Below are positions 15,890-25,180 of a stretch of DNA of 64,000 nt, one piece after another. The DNA is from a virus. The position numbers and the translations under genes are program-made. Numbering within the stretch: position 1 is the stretch's first letter; every line of letters starts with the position of its first letter. Location of the stretch: the IMG/VR virus record IMGVR_UViG_3300005366_000002, positions 1-64,000 of that record, one strand, 5' to 3'. The notes below the pieces were generated by a model that was not told the origin of the DNA, searched no databases, and was given only the letters and a program-made list of their open reading frames with translations.

Positions 15890-18800
15890 ATGCTCGAAAA
15901 GACCATTACCTATGCGGACCAGAATCCGCGTAGCTGGAACCTGACGTTCCCGATCGACGCCGACTGGAGCACGCAGAAGAAGCGCGTGCTCGTCGTGCTC
16001 CAGACGGTCGATGGACGTGACCTGAAGGAGGAGGGCCTGCTGAAGCACAAGCTGGTTCGCACTGCCTTCACCGAGGCGATCAAGCTGGGCCGCCAGTTCG
16101 CGCGTGCCCAGAACGAGAACCTTGGCGACTTCGGCCTGGCCGTCGTCAACTTCAACGCCTTCCGCCACCTGCACATGAAAGAGCAGGCCAAGGCGGACGC
16201 CGAGGCGGAGTTCAAGCTCCGCATGCAGAAGATCATCAAGAAGCTGAACCCGACGCACATCTTCTTCTCGGGAGACGTGTCGAAGCTCTACCCGGTCAAG
16301 CATGCGGATCTCAAGAACGGATGGGTCCACGAGATCGACGGCCGCAAGGTCACGTCGACCGTGGACTTCGCACGTCTGCTCGAGAAGCAAGGCGTCTACG
16401 CCAACCTGTTCGGCTTCTGGTGCCGACACCTGGCGAACCTGCTGAACGGCCGACTGCCCTTCAACCTCAAGGACCTCCAGCCGAAGCCGCGTCTCGTCGA
16501 CACGATCGCCCGCTTCGACAAGATGATGGCCGAGTGGGACAAGTCCGCCGAGGCCGACGAGGACACGGCGATCGACACGGAATGCCGCAACCTCACGGTG
16601 ACGCAGAACAAGCTGTTCACCATCCAGATGGCGTTCACCCACGACCCTCTCGTGGGCTACGTGCTGCCGGTCGACCACCCGCACGAGGACAACCCGTTCA
16701 CCCCGGACGAGCGCAAGTACATCAAGCGCGAGCTGCAGAAGCGGTTCGCTGACAAGGACCGCAAGGGCCGGACCATCATGTTCAATGGTGCGTTCGACCT
16801 GCGGATCCTTCGCAAGGCCCTGAAGCTGCCTATCATCTACCTACCGGTCTGGGAGATCATGGCCGGCGAGCACCTGCTGGACGAGAACGTGTCGTCGCTG
16901 CGCTCGTTGGGCATCAAGGGCGCTGGTGGCCTCGCAGGCACCCTGTGCTCCATGGGCAACGACTTCTACCTGCAGGAGTCCGGGTTCACCAAGGCGGATC
17001 GTGCGACGGTCGCCTCCGTGAGCCCCAAGGACCCGGACTTCCTCCGCTACGGCGCGATGGACGTAGTCTCGCTGGTTGCCATGAAGGACGTGCAGATCAA
17101 GCGCTCTGCCTTCCAGACCATCAGGGGCCGCAACTACCGTCCGTACTTCAGGACTCACATGCTGTACCAGATGAGCGACACGGTACACCAGCTGAGCCAC
17201 CTGAAGGAAGCCGGGTCCATGGTGGACCTGAAGTACCTGAAGAGCCTGACCAAGCCGGACTCCGTGCTGGCCAAGGCCATCGACGAGCTGGGCGACAAGT
17301 TCAAGACCTTCCCCGAGGTCCGGGAAGCGAATCGTCAACTGCTCGGCGACACCGGGTTCAAGGCCAAGAGCCTGTTCTCGTTCGGTGCCAAGGCCAGCGG
17401 CGACAAGTCGACCGGCGGCTCCGACTCGGTGTTCGGTCAGTGGATGTTCTCGTTCACGAAGGCAGCGCACAAGGCTAAGCTGTTCTTCGACATCATGGGC
17501 TATGAGGCGATCAACAAGACGGCTGAAGGCGTGCCGTCGGTCGACAAGGAGTTCATCGAGACCTACAAGGACCGCAACTTCCTGATCTCAGACTACGGCG
17601 AGTTCCAGGCCGCGTCCAAGATGCTATCGACCAACGTCAGGGGCTACCTCAAGCTCTTGCTGCGGACGGCAGACGGACGCTTCGACGACCACCTGCGATC
17701 CGACGTCATCTTCTTCGATGTGGACACGGGCCGCTTGGCTTCGCGCAGCCCGAACCTCCAGAACATCCCGAACCGTGGGAAGCTGTCGAAGATCATCAAG
17801 GAAATGTTCATCACGCCGGACGGCCACCTGCTGATCCGGTTCGACTACTCGGCACACGAGGTCAAAGGCTGGTCGCTGGTAAGCGGCGACAAGGTCCTGG
17901 CCCAGACCTTCAAGGTCGGCCAGAAGCTGCGGCAGGAGTGGATCAAGGCCTACCCGTCCAAGGTCATCAAGGACAAGGATGGCAAGGACGCGAAGCTGCC
18001 GCTGCCCAAGGAGCAGGTCGAGGCCTACGAAGCAGAGCTCAAGGGCTGCAAGAGCAAGAAGCGTGAGGCGTGGCTGATCGCCGTGCTGGCGACCAACAAG
18101 CTGGCCGCACGCCTCAAGAAGGAAGGCGACGTTCACATTCAGAACGTCTTCCGGTTCTTCCAGAAGTGGGTCGAGAAGTCCGATCCGCTGCGTGACGCGA
18201 TCAAAGCGGTCGTGTTCGGCACGATCTACGGCAAGTCCGCAGCGACCTTGGGTCACGACACCAAGAAGGCAGAGCTGGACGCGCTGAAGGAGAAGATGGG
18301 CGTGGCCTACAAGGCCGGTGACAAGGAGGCACTGGCCGCCCTCGAGGAGCAGTACACGGCCCTCATCGAGGAAGACCGCGAGGACTACGCGCAGAACATC
18401 ATCGACAAGATGTTCAACGAGTTCCGTGCTGGCCATGCGTGGATCAAGGACATGAGCCGACTGGCCGAGGAAGAGCAGTACGTGTATTCGCCGATCGGCC
18501 GCATCCGCCACCTGTTTGCTACGATCACGAAGGACAAGACCATCGTGAACCGGCAGATCCGCCGTGGCATGAACGCGCCGATCCAAGGCTTCGCCTCGGA
18601 GATCGCGGTGAAGGCCTCGCGTCTCCTGCTCCTCGACTACTACAAGAACCAGGACAGGCTGAAGAAGATGCTGGGCATCGACGCGTCGGAGAAGCTGCCC
18701 GTTCGCTTCAACCGGATCGTTCACGACGCGTCGTACTTCACCGTGCCTTACGCAATGGTCCTGCCATTCATCCACATGCTCCAGTACGACATGACCTACG

Positions 18801-19126
18801 GGATCACCAAGGCCTACGACGAGCAGTTCAAGTTCAAGTTCACCGTGGAGCCGGAGATCGAAGTCGAGGTGGGCGTCAAGGACACGAAGTCGAAGAAGTG
18901 GTCGTGGGCCATCCCCGAGCTGCTCCAACACCTCAGCGCATCGGTGAAGGAAGGGATCGAGGCCGGCTACCTGACCGAGAGCTACGAGGACATCATGGCA
19001 AAGATCACGGCTCCCTGGGAGTCGGAGAAGTGCCGTGCGTTCCTCAACAAGAACTGGCCGCTGCTAAACGTCGACCTCGAAGAGGAGATCAAGGTGGCGA
19101 CCGAGGCCTTCCTGGAGGAAGCATGA
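15890..19126 (+). CDS. polA: Family A DNA polymerase with 3'-5' exonuclease and degenerate UDG-like N-terminal domain
   Basis: ExoI DTE, ExoII FNGAFD, ExoIII YGAMD; TGRLASRSPNLQNIP; motif A DYSAHE; motif B KAVVFGTIYG; NAPIQG; motif C VHDA. Confidence 0.95.
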   Translation: MLEKTITYADQNPRSWNLTFPIDADWSTQKKRVLVVLQTVDGRDLKEEGLLKHKLVRTAFTEAIKLGRQFARAQNENLGDFGLAVVNFNAFRHLHMKEQAKADAEAEFKLRMQKIIKKLNPTHIFFSGDVSKLYPVKHADLKNGWVHEIDGRKVTSTVDFARLLEKQGVYANLFGFWCRHLANLLNGRLPFNLKDLQPKPRLVDTIARFDKMMAEWDKSAEADEDTAIDTECRNLTVTQNKLFTIQMAFTHDPLVGYVLPVDHPHEDNPFTPDERKYIKRELQKRFADKDRKGRTIMFNGAFDLRILRKALKLPIIYLPVWEIMAGEHLLDENVSSLRSLGIKGAGGLAGTLCSMGNDFYLQESGFTKADRATVASVSPKDPDFLRYGAMDVVSLVAMKDVQIKRSAFQTIRGRNYRPYFRTHMLYQMSDTVHQLSHLKEAGSMVDLKYLKSLTKPDSVLAKAIDELGDKFKTFPEVREANRQLLGDTGFKAKSLFSFGAKASGDKSTGGSDSVFGQWMFSFTKAAHKAKLFFDIMGYEAINKTAEGVPSVDKEFIETYKDRNFLISDYGEFQAASKMLSTNVRGYLKLLLRTADGRFDDHLRSDVIFFDVDTGRLASRSPNLQNIPNRGKLSKIIKEMFITPDGHLLIRFDYSAHEVKGWSLVSGDKVLAQTFKVGQKLRQEWIKAYPSKVIKDKDGKDAKLPLPKEQVEAYEAELKGCKSKKREAWLIAVLATNKLAARLKKEGDVHIQNVFRFFQKWVEKSDPLRDAIKAVVFGTIYGKSAATLGHDTKKAELDALKEKMGVAYKAGDKEALAALEEQYTALIEEDREDYAQNIIDKMFNEFRAGHAWIKDMSRLAEEEQYVYSPIGRIRHLFATITKDKTIVNRQIRRGMNAPIQGFASEIAVKASRLLLLDYYKNQDRLKKMLGIDASEKLPVRFNRIVHDASYFTVPYAMVLPFIHMLQYDMTYGITKAYDEQFKFKFTVEPEIEVEVGVKDTKSKKWSWAIPELLQHLSASVKEGIEAGYLTESYEDIMAKITAPWESEKCRAFLNKNWPLLNVDLEEEIKVATEAFLEEA

Positions 19127-19335
19127 AGTTCAGACACATCACGACCGACGACGTTGACTTCACGTCGTACTGGATGCACCTGAAGTACGACAACCAGGTC
19201 ATTAAGTGCATCTACCTCGGCGACAACGAGGATCACTGGCTGGTCCTCAGAGCCGAAGGGATGCCGGTCTTCATCCACTATCCGAAGGACAAGTTCATTC
19301 GGGTCAACGAGGACGGCACGCCGTACACGCCATGA
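19123..19335 (+). CDS. Hypothetical protein
   Basis: ATGA overlap with polA; GGAGG RBS. Confidence 0.6.
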   Translation: MKFRHITTDDVDFTSYWMHLKYDNQVIKCIYLGDNEDHWLVLRAEGMPVFIHYPKDKFIRVNEDGTPYTP

Positions 19336-19523
19336 AGTACCAACTCGAAGAGAAGCTGAAGACCGTGCCGGCGGTGAAGTGCGTGATCATGGGCTACTCG
19401 CCCAACGTGCATCGCCGTCGTCGCGAGTTCCGTCGCAAGGCCAAGGAGCTCCGCAAGATGGGTGGCTCGTCCTGCTTCGCCGTCTCGCTCTGGGCACTGT
19501 ACCAGGCAAGGACCACGCGATGA
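19332..19523 (+). CDS. Hypothetical basic protein
   Basis: ATGA overlaps. Confidence 0.5.
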   Translation: MKYQLEEKLKTVPAVKCVIMGYSPNVHRRRREFRRKAKELRKMGGSSCFAVSLWALYQARTTR

Positions 19524-19840
19524 AAGGCAAACGTCTCCAGTGCAAAGACATCCCGGACCGACCGATCCTCGAGCTCCTGCGAGACCTGCCTGACTGGGAC
19601 ACGGTAATCATCGGCAGGCCTGGACGACAGCGCAACGGCTGTCCGTGGCCAGGGTTCGACAACTCGATGACACCGGCGTTCCCACAGGGTGACGAGACAC
19701 CGCAGAAGCTCGTGCTGGCCAAGATGCGGCGTCTGATCCAACACAAGCTGGTCGATGGCTGTCCTTGCGGCTGTCGCGGCGACTTCCAACTGCTGGACAA
19801 GGGCCGGCAGATCGTGGGCACAAGGGAGAACCCGAAATGA
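19520..19840 (+). CDS. Phage protein with QCKDIPD...GCPCGCRGD motif, possible winged helix
   Basis: KLVLAKMRRLIQHKLVDGCPCGCRGDFQLLDKG. Confidence 0.65.
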   Translation: MKGKRLQCKDIPDRPILELLRDLPDWDTVIIGRPGRQRNGCPWPGFDNSMTPAFPQGDETPQKLVLAKMRRLIQHKLVDGCPCGCRGDFQLLDKGRQIVGTRENPK

Positions 19841-20463
19841 TCCAAGGCTACCTCTGCCTCGGCGGCGGACAGGAGGAGCTGTTCCCTCAGTTCGCCTACT
19901 ACAAGGGCGAGCCAGTAGGCCCGAACCGAGGCCGTTGGGGCCTCAACGCCCCTGAGCTCCGTGAGCAGATCCTGTCGATCCCTTCGCGGGACAAGCAGGT
20001 CCAACTGCTCTACAACAACTCGCTCGCCGTCTTCTCCGCTGGGCTCGCAAAGATCGACAGCGAGAACGCAGGCGGTCGTTACCGCGACAAGCTGAAGGCC
20101 CTCCTCCCGAGCATGGATTTGGATTTCGCGGGAGTGGTAAATAACAAGACCAACAGCTCGCACAAGTCCTTGGCGATCATCGTGAGCTCCGACGTGGAGC
20201 TCTACCTGACCGGCCTGTTCGATACGCGCATGGGTTGCGGTTACCTCGTGTGGGCTGACGACCCGGTCGTGGTCTCGGACGTGCTGGCCCGTGAGCCTCT
20301 GCGGTACTACCTCTACCGGTTCCCGGTCGTCAGCTATGACGTGCTGTTCTTCCCCATCGAGACCCTGTGCAGTCAGTGGCATCGGTGGATTCGCGGCGGC
20401 AACTTGCTCCAGGCCTTCAACGCTCTGGAGCGCCGCCTCTTCGGTCTCAACGCGGAGGTCTAA
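19837..20463 (+). CDS. Hypothetical protein
   Basis: ATGA overlap; abuts primase. Confidence 0.7.
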   Translation: MIQGYLCLGGGQEELFPQFAYYKGEPVGPNRGRWGLNAPELREQILSIPSRDKQVQLLYNNSLAVFSAGLAKIDSENAGGRYRDKLKALLPSMDLDFAGVVNNKTNSSHKSLAIIVSSDVELYLTGLFDTRMGCGYLVWADDPVVVSDVLAREPLRYYLYRFPVVSYDVLFFPIETLCSQWHRWIRGGNLLQAFNALERRLFGLNAEV

Positions 20464-21432
20464 GTGGACGATCGCCGACTGAATCACGTGATTCAGGAGC
20501 TGAACAACTACAGCGGTCCCAAGAAGAAGCTGGCCAGCTCCACGCTGGTCTCTTGCCCGTACCACAGCGAGCGCACGCCCTCTGGTCGGATCTTCCACGA
20601 CGTGAAGACCAAGTCCCCAGGCTTCTTCAAGTGCTACGGCTGCGGCAAGAAGGCCAAGTGGGACGAGGTGGCACCACTGCTGGGCCTCAAGCCCTACAAG
20701 TGGACCAAGCCGGCTGACCAGTACGCGCAGTCACTGCGCCACGAGGACGAGGAGAAGAACAAGATCAAGAAGATGGAGTTCTCCGACATCCCGCGCGACA
20801 AGCGGTGGCGGACCATCAAGACCAATCTCCTGATCGCCCTCGGGGCCAAGCGCGTGATCACGATCTACGAGGGCGGCTATCGCACCAAGTCGATGGTCTA
20901 CCTGCCGGTCTTCATCAAGGGCACGCAACGCGGGTTCATCCGAGCACGCATGCAGAAGGAGAAGGACAAGCCGTCCTACCTGAATAGCCCAGGGCCGTGG
21001 TCGCAAGACCTCGGGCTCTTCCCTTACGACTTCGCGATCCGCAAGAACCCGAAGACGATCGTGCTCGTCGAGGGGCCTCGGGATGCGCTGCGGCTCCTCA
21101 GCTACGGGATCCCGGCCATCGCGATCCTCGGCACGCAGTCCTGGTCGGCACGCAAGAGCCGCATGATCGAGCTCACCGGTGCCGAGCGTGTCGTGCTCTG
21201 CATGGACGGGGACGACGCCGGGAAGAAGGCCATCGAGCTCATCGAGCCGCAACTCGAAGGGCTCATCAACACGACTGTCTTCGACCTGTGTGGTCCTGAC
21301 AGTCCCTACGACCAGTTTGCCGACGAAGACGAACCCAGCAAGGTCGCCAAGGCCGCTGGCGTCGAGCTCTGGGATCCGGGCAACATGCCCCTCAACAAGG
21401 TCAAAGAGCTGAAGGCGCTCTGCATGGCCTGA
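20464..21432 (+). CDS. DNA primase (zinc finger plus TOPRIM)
   Basis: CPYH..ERTPS..FKCYGCG zinc finger; VLVEGPRD; MDGDDAG. Confidence 0.9.
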   Translation: MDDRRLNHVIQELNNYSGPKKKLASSTLVSCPYHSERTPSGRIFHDVKTKSPGFFKCYGCGKKAKWDEVAPLLGLKPYKWTKPADQYAQSLRHEDEEKNKIKKMEFSDIPRDKRWRTIKTNLLIALGAKRVITIYEGGYRTKSMVYLPVFIKGTQRGFIRARMQKEKDKPSYLNSPGPWSQDLGLFPYDFAIRKNPKTIVLVEGPRDALRLLSYGIPAIAILGTQSWSARKSRMIELTGAERVVLCMDGDDAGKKAIELIEPQLEGLINTTVFDLCGPDSPYDQFADEDEPSKVAKAAGVELWDPGNMPLNKVKELKALCMA

Positions 21433-21452
21433 CACACTGAACCACAGACCAC

Positions 21453-21896
21453 ATGCCTCGTCTGAACCCTCTCAAGTGCCCGCACTGCGACCGGATGCTG
21501 TCCGCCGTCGAAGTTCGTGGCGTGTATCGCAAGCGTTTCTGCGGGACTCATACCGTCTACACCAAAGGCGAGGAGTTCATCCCTGTCCTCCAGTACAGTC
21601 AAGCCGAACGGCAGTACCGGAAGATGCGACGCGAACAGAAGGTTGTCGACTTCGTCGGCCCTCCTCGCCCGTTCGCATTCGACGTGGACAACGAGCTGCC
21701 TGAGGAGACCCCTCCTGAAGGATTCACCCACCTGAAGACAGGTCACATGGTGGTCCCGATCACCAAGGGTCGCTCCGAGTTCAGGATGATGCAGCTAGGT
21801 CTCACGGACGATCTCAGCCGACGTCGTAAGCCCCGCAAGGAACCTCCCGCAGCGGCCAACCAGTGGGACCACGTGCTCTCACTGCTCGTCGGCTAA
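21453..21896 (+). CDS. Zinc-ribbon protein (paralogue of 29520-30092)
   Basis: LKCPHC..G..R..CGTHTVYT..FVGP. Confidence 0.6.
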   Translation: MPRLNPLKCPHCDRMLSAVEVRGVYRKRFCGTHTVYTKGEEFIPVLQYSQAERQYRKMRREQKVVDFVGPPRPFAFDVDNELPEETPPEGFTHLKTGHMVVPITKGRSEFRMMQLGLTDDLSRRRKPRKEPPAAANQWDHVLSLLVG

Positions 21897-21910
21897 CCAG
21901 GACTCAAACG

Positions 21911-21917
21911 GTAAATA
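21911..21917 (+). promoter_or_regulatory. GTAAATA phage promoter motif heading the modification cluster
   Basis: AACGGTAAATA, intergenic. Confidence 0.6.
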
Positions 21918-21925
21918 AGGTGACC

Positions 21926-22750
21926 ATGCTCACACACTCCACGATCCCGAAGTACGCGTTCATCGGCACGTCCTCGGCAGGCAAGACCACGATGACCTAC
22001 AAGACCTGCGGCTACCTGAAGGAGCACGGCATCCGCGTGGACGGCATCCTCCAGCAGGATCGCCGCCTCCCGTTCGATCCCGCGCTGCTGGAGAGCCATG
22101 CCGAGGCCCAGTGGTGGTTCATCACGAACATGATGACCGTCGAGAACTACCTGGCTCTCCAGAAGGGCGTCGACTGCCTGGTCTCGGACCGCTCGGTGGT
22201 CGACTTCTACGCCTACGCAGAGACCCAGTGGTCGACGAAGATGCTGGAGATGTTCCAGCTGGTCGCCAACTGGGCGAAGACGTACCGGGCCCTGATCTAT
22301 CTGGAGCCGCTGAAGTACGACAACGACGGCGTGCGCCCGCCGGACGAGTTCCGCATGCGCGTCGACCAGACGCTCAAGCAGCTCCTGGTCACGCTGCCGA
22401 ACGTCATGCGCTTCGAGAGCCGTGACGAGGCCATGCGGTTCATCGCGATCGACACGAAGCTTCAGACGTTCGGAGAAGCCCAGTCCAAGGTACACCTCAC
22501 CGGTTCGTGGTTCAAGAACAAGGAGCGAGTGGGCTCGGACTTCGACTTCATCATCCTCCGCGACGACATGCACCTGCTCCCCAAGGAGCTGCGCGACTCG
22601 TTCCGCACGGACGATCCGGAGCCGGTGCGCCGCAAGCACAACGACGCGGGGCTGGTCGAGATCTACCACAGCACCAAGTACAACATCGGCCTGCAGGTCC
22701 AGGACACACTGGCCAACCTGCAGACCCGCCTCGCCAACAACCACAACTGA
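21926..22750 (+). CDS. P-loop nucleotide kinase (NadR/AAA_28-like) fused to a minimal nucleotidyltransferase domain
   Basis: GTSSAGKT, SDRSVVD, DNDGVR; C-terminal LTGS..SDFD. Confidence 0.75.
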   Translation: MLTHSTIPKYAFIGTSSAGKTTMTYKTCGYLKEHGIRVDGILQQDRRLPFDPALLESHAEAQWWFITNMMTVENYLALQKGVDCLVSDRSVVDFYAYAETQWSTKMLEMFQLVANWAKTYRALIYLEPLKYDNDGVRPPDEFRMRVDQTLKQLLVTLPNVMRFESRDEAMRFIAIDTKLQTFGEAQSKVHLTGSWFKNKERVGSDFDFIILRDDMHLLPKELRDSFRTDDPEPVRRKHNDAGLVEIYHSTKYNIGLQVQDTLANLQTRLANNHN

Positions 22751-22757
22751 GCAGCTC

Positions 22758-23186
22758 ATGAGCGACCATCCCAACACGTACCATCCGCCCAACCTCGAGC
22801 ACGAAACGGGCGGCCCGACGTACCACGTCCGCAAGAAGATCTGGATCACGTTCGACAAGCACGGGATCCACTGCTACCCCAACGCGCCGGAAGAGGTCAA
22901 GTACCTGCGCGATCCCCACCGCCACCTGTTCAAGTTCAAGGTCGGCATCTCGGTCTACCACGACGAGCGCGAGATCGAGTTCCACATGCTGCAGAACGAG
23001 ATCACCGGCTGGTACGACAGCGGCGTCCTCGAGTTCAACTACCGGTCGTGCGAGTCGCTGGCCGGAGATCTGCTGGTCAAGCTCAAGACGGCCTATCCTG
23101 GTCGCCCCTACTACTCGGTCGAGGTGTCCGAGGACGGCGAGTGCGGCGCCGAGCTGGTCCACGAGTACTACCACGGGGTGCTCTGA
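22758..23186 (+). CDS. dpdL: T-fold QueD paralogue, DpdL-like (putative CDG decarboxylase)
   Basis: YLRDPHRHLF matches LxxxHRHxF; REIEFH, SCE and EVSEDGE; located next to the transglycosylase. Confidence 0.6.
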   Translation: MSDHPNTYHPPNLEHETGGPTYHVRKKIWITFDKHGIHCYPNAPEEVKYLRDPHRHLFKFKVGISVYHDEREIEFHMLQNEITGWYDSGVLEFNYRSCESLAGDLLVKLKTAYPGRPYYSVEVSEDGECGAELVHEYYHGVL

Positions 23187-24640
23187 TGGGCGACACACCA
23201 CCAAAGGTCAAGCCTCAGAAGAAGGGCAAGCCGGAACCACGGGTGGCCCTCGAGCGGGATCACAAGCTGGACAAGAACTACCCGTTCGAGTTCGGCTATG
23301 CCTGGGCGCCGGCGGTCATCGACGACTTCCCGTTCATGGAGGTCTCCGTCCGCGACACGTCGACGCTGGGGATCACCGAGAAGTCCAAGACCATCAACGG
23401 CGCTCTCTACTACCAGAAGACGATGCTGGGTCGCGCCATCACGTTCAACGGCCTCCGTGGCTCGCTGACGGCCGTGGGCGTCAAGAAGGAGGACATCCAC
23501 CACATCGGCAGGCAGTTCATCGAGACCTCGCACTTCGCGCTCTACAACGCGATGGACGTGGGCCACAACTCGAAGCGCGGCAAGGAGATCCGTGACGACG
23601 TGCGCGCACGCACCTACGTGCTCCAGGACTCGGGCGGGTTCCAGCTGGTCAGCGGCCGCGAGGACTTCATCGACCCGAAGATGCTGGCCGTCAAGCACAG
23701 CCTCTACGCGGACTCTGGCGTGTCCCTCGACCTTCCGGTCTCCGGGATCACCGACAAGAAGTTCGCGCTGATCGCCGCCAAGATGCTGATCGCGAACTCC
23801 AAGGTCCTGCGGGACAACATGGACAAGCGCGCACGGCTCATGAACGTGTGCCACGGAGCAACCCTCGAGATCCGAAGCGCCTTCCTCGACCAGATCACGA
23901 AGGAACCGATGCAAAGCCTGTGCATCGCCGGTCTGCGGAAGTCCGCGGTGGGCGTCGAGAAAGGCTTCGACCGGACGACTCCGCTGGCCTTCGCCTCGCA
24001 CATCCTGCTGGCGATGCTGAAGACGGAGAGGACCTACAAGCACTACCACGTGCTCGGCGTGGCCACCCCGTGGCAGATGGCGATCATCAGCCTGATCGCA
24101 AACCTGCACCAGAAGATCGTCACGTCCGACTCGGCGTCGCACAACCTGAGCGGCCTCGGCGGTCTGCTCATCGACTACGCCAACGAGACGTCGCACTCGC
24201 TGGAGGGTCGGCTGGTCAAGCGGAAGAACAAGGCCTACTGCTCGTGCCCCATGTGCTACATCTTCCAGGACTACCCCTGGTACAAGATCGGGCCGTCGTG
24301 GGCGCCGTCGGTGCACAACGGGTTTGCGCTGCTCCGCTACGCGCGCCTGTTCGACCACCTGGCCAAGCTGGCACTTCACGACAAGCTGGAGTCGGGCGCC
24401 ATCAGCGGGCTGATGCTGCAGAACATCGAGGCGCTGCCTCCGACGATCTCGCAGTCGTTCCGCAAGGCCGTGCACCTGATCCTCCAGACGACGAAGATCG
24501 CGCAGCTCAAGGAGATGCCGATGGACGCGCGTAACGTCGGCCTGTTCGGCGGCGCACCGCAGGGCTCGGACAAGGTCAGCGACCGCTACATCAAGATCGT
24601 GAAGACCTACCAGGACTACCACGGCCAGAAGTGGCTGTGA
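23186..24640 (+). CDS. dpdA: TGT-family guanine transglycosylase, DpdA-like
   Basis: DSGGFQ, SLDLP, NVCHG, IAGL, HVLGV, TSDS, CSCPMC..HN zinc site; clustered with folE/queD/queE. Confidence 0.8.
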   Translation: MGDTPPKVKPQKKGKPEPRVALERDHKLDKNYPFEFGYAWAPAVIDDFPFMEVSVRDTSTLGITEKSKTINGALYYQKTMLGRAITFNGLRGSLTAVGVKKEDIHHIGRQFIETSHFALYNAMDVGHNSKRGKEIRDDVRARTYVLQDSGGFQLVSGREDFIDPKMLAVKHSLYADSGVSLDLPVSGITDKKFALIAAKMLIANSKVLRDNMDKRARLMNVCHGATLEIRSAFLDQITKEPMQSLCIAGLRKSAVGVEKGFDRTTPLAFASHILLAMLKTERTYKHYHVLGVATPWQMAIISLIANLHQKIVTSDSASHNLSGLGGLLIDYANETSHSLEGRLVKRKNKAYCSCPMCYIFQDYPWYKIGPSWAPSVHNGFALLRYARLFDHLAKLALHDKLESGAISGLMLQNIEALPPTISQSFRKAVHLILQTTKIAQLKEMPMDARNVGLFGGAPQGSDKVSDRYIKIVKTYQDYHGQKWL

Positions 24641-24661
24641 CCTGACAACAGAGGAGAGATC

Positions 24662-25180
24662 ATGGAGAGGAATCCGAAGGAGCCGAAGATGTTCGTTGGC
24701 CGTGAGGTCGAGAACACGCCGCACAAGAACTGGCCTACCTTGTTCATCGCGGGGTCCTGGCCTGTGCGGGACATCATGCAAGAAGCGCGCACGCAGGACG
24801 TCAAGCACGTCTACCTGGCGGCCAATCAGAGTCACGATGCGCTGCCTCTCGACATCTGGGCCTACCAGGCGTCGGCGCTGATCCTCCAGGGCTTCGACGT
24901 GACAATGGACATCCCGGCTGTCCGGGTTCTCGACTGGCTCTCTGCCTGGGCATCCCATGAGGTGCATCACAAGTCGGCGGCTCTCCACCTCATGGTCTCC
25001 TTCTACGCGCCTGGGATCAACAAGGTAAATAGCTCACTGACCACCTTCAAGTTCGACGACAACGTGAGCGACGGCTCGAAGGTCGTGAACCCTGGTGTGT
25101 GGTGCATGCCTGCCTATCAGGCCTTGCTCGACACCAATTTTACTCCCTGGTCGGCATACGCCGAAGACAAGGACATTTGA
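24662..25180 (+). CDS. Uncharacterised protein in the modification cluster
   Basis: FVGREVENTP..TLF, HVYLAANQS, FKFDD..NPGVWC; GAGGAG RBS. Confidence 0.75.
   Translation: MERNPKEPKMFVGREVENTPHKNWPTLFIAGSWPVRDIMQEARTQDVKHVYLAANQSHDALPLDIWAYQASALILQGFDVTMDIPAVRVLDWLSAWASHEVHHKSAALHLMVSFYAPGINKVNSSLTTFKFDDNVSDGSKVVNPGVWCMPAYQALLDTNFTPWSAYAEDKDI

Noticed and set aside
17900-18400. Insertions in the PolA polymerase domain considered as an intein
   Set aside because: They are short, charged and helical, with no C/S start, no HN-C/S/T end and no LAGLIDADG motifs.
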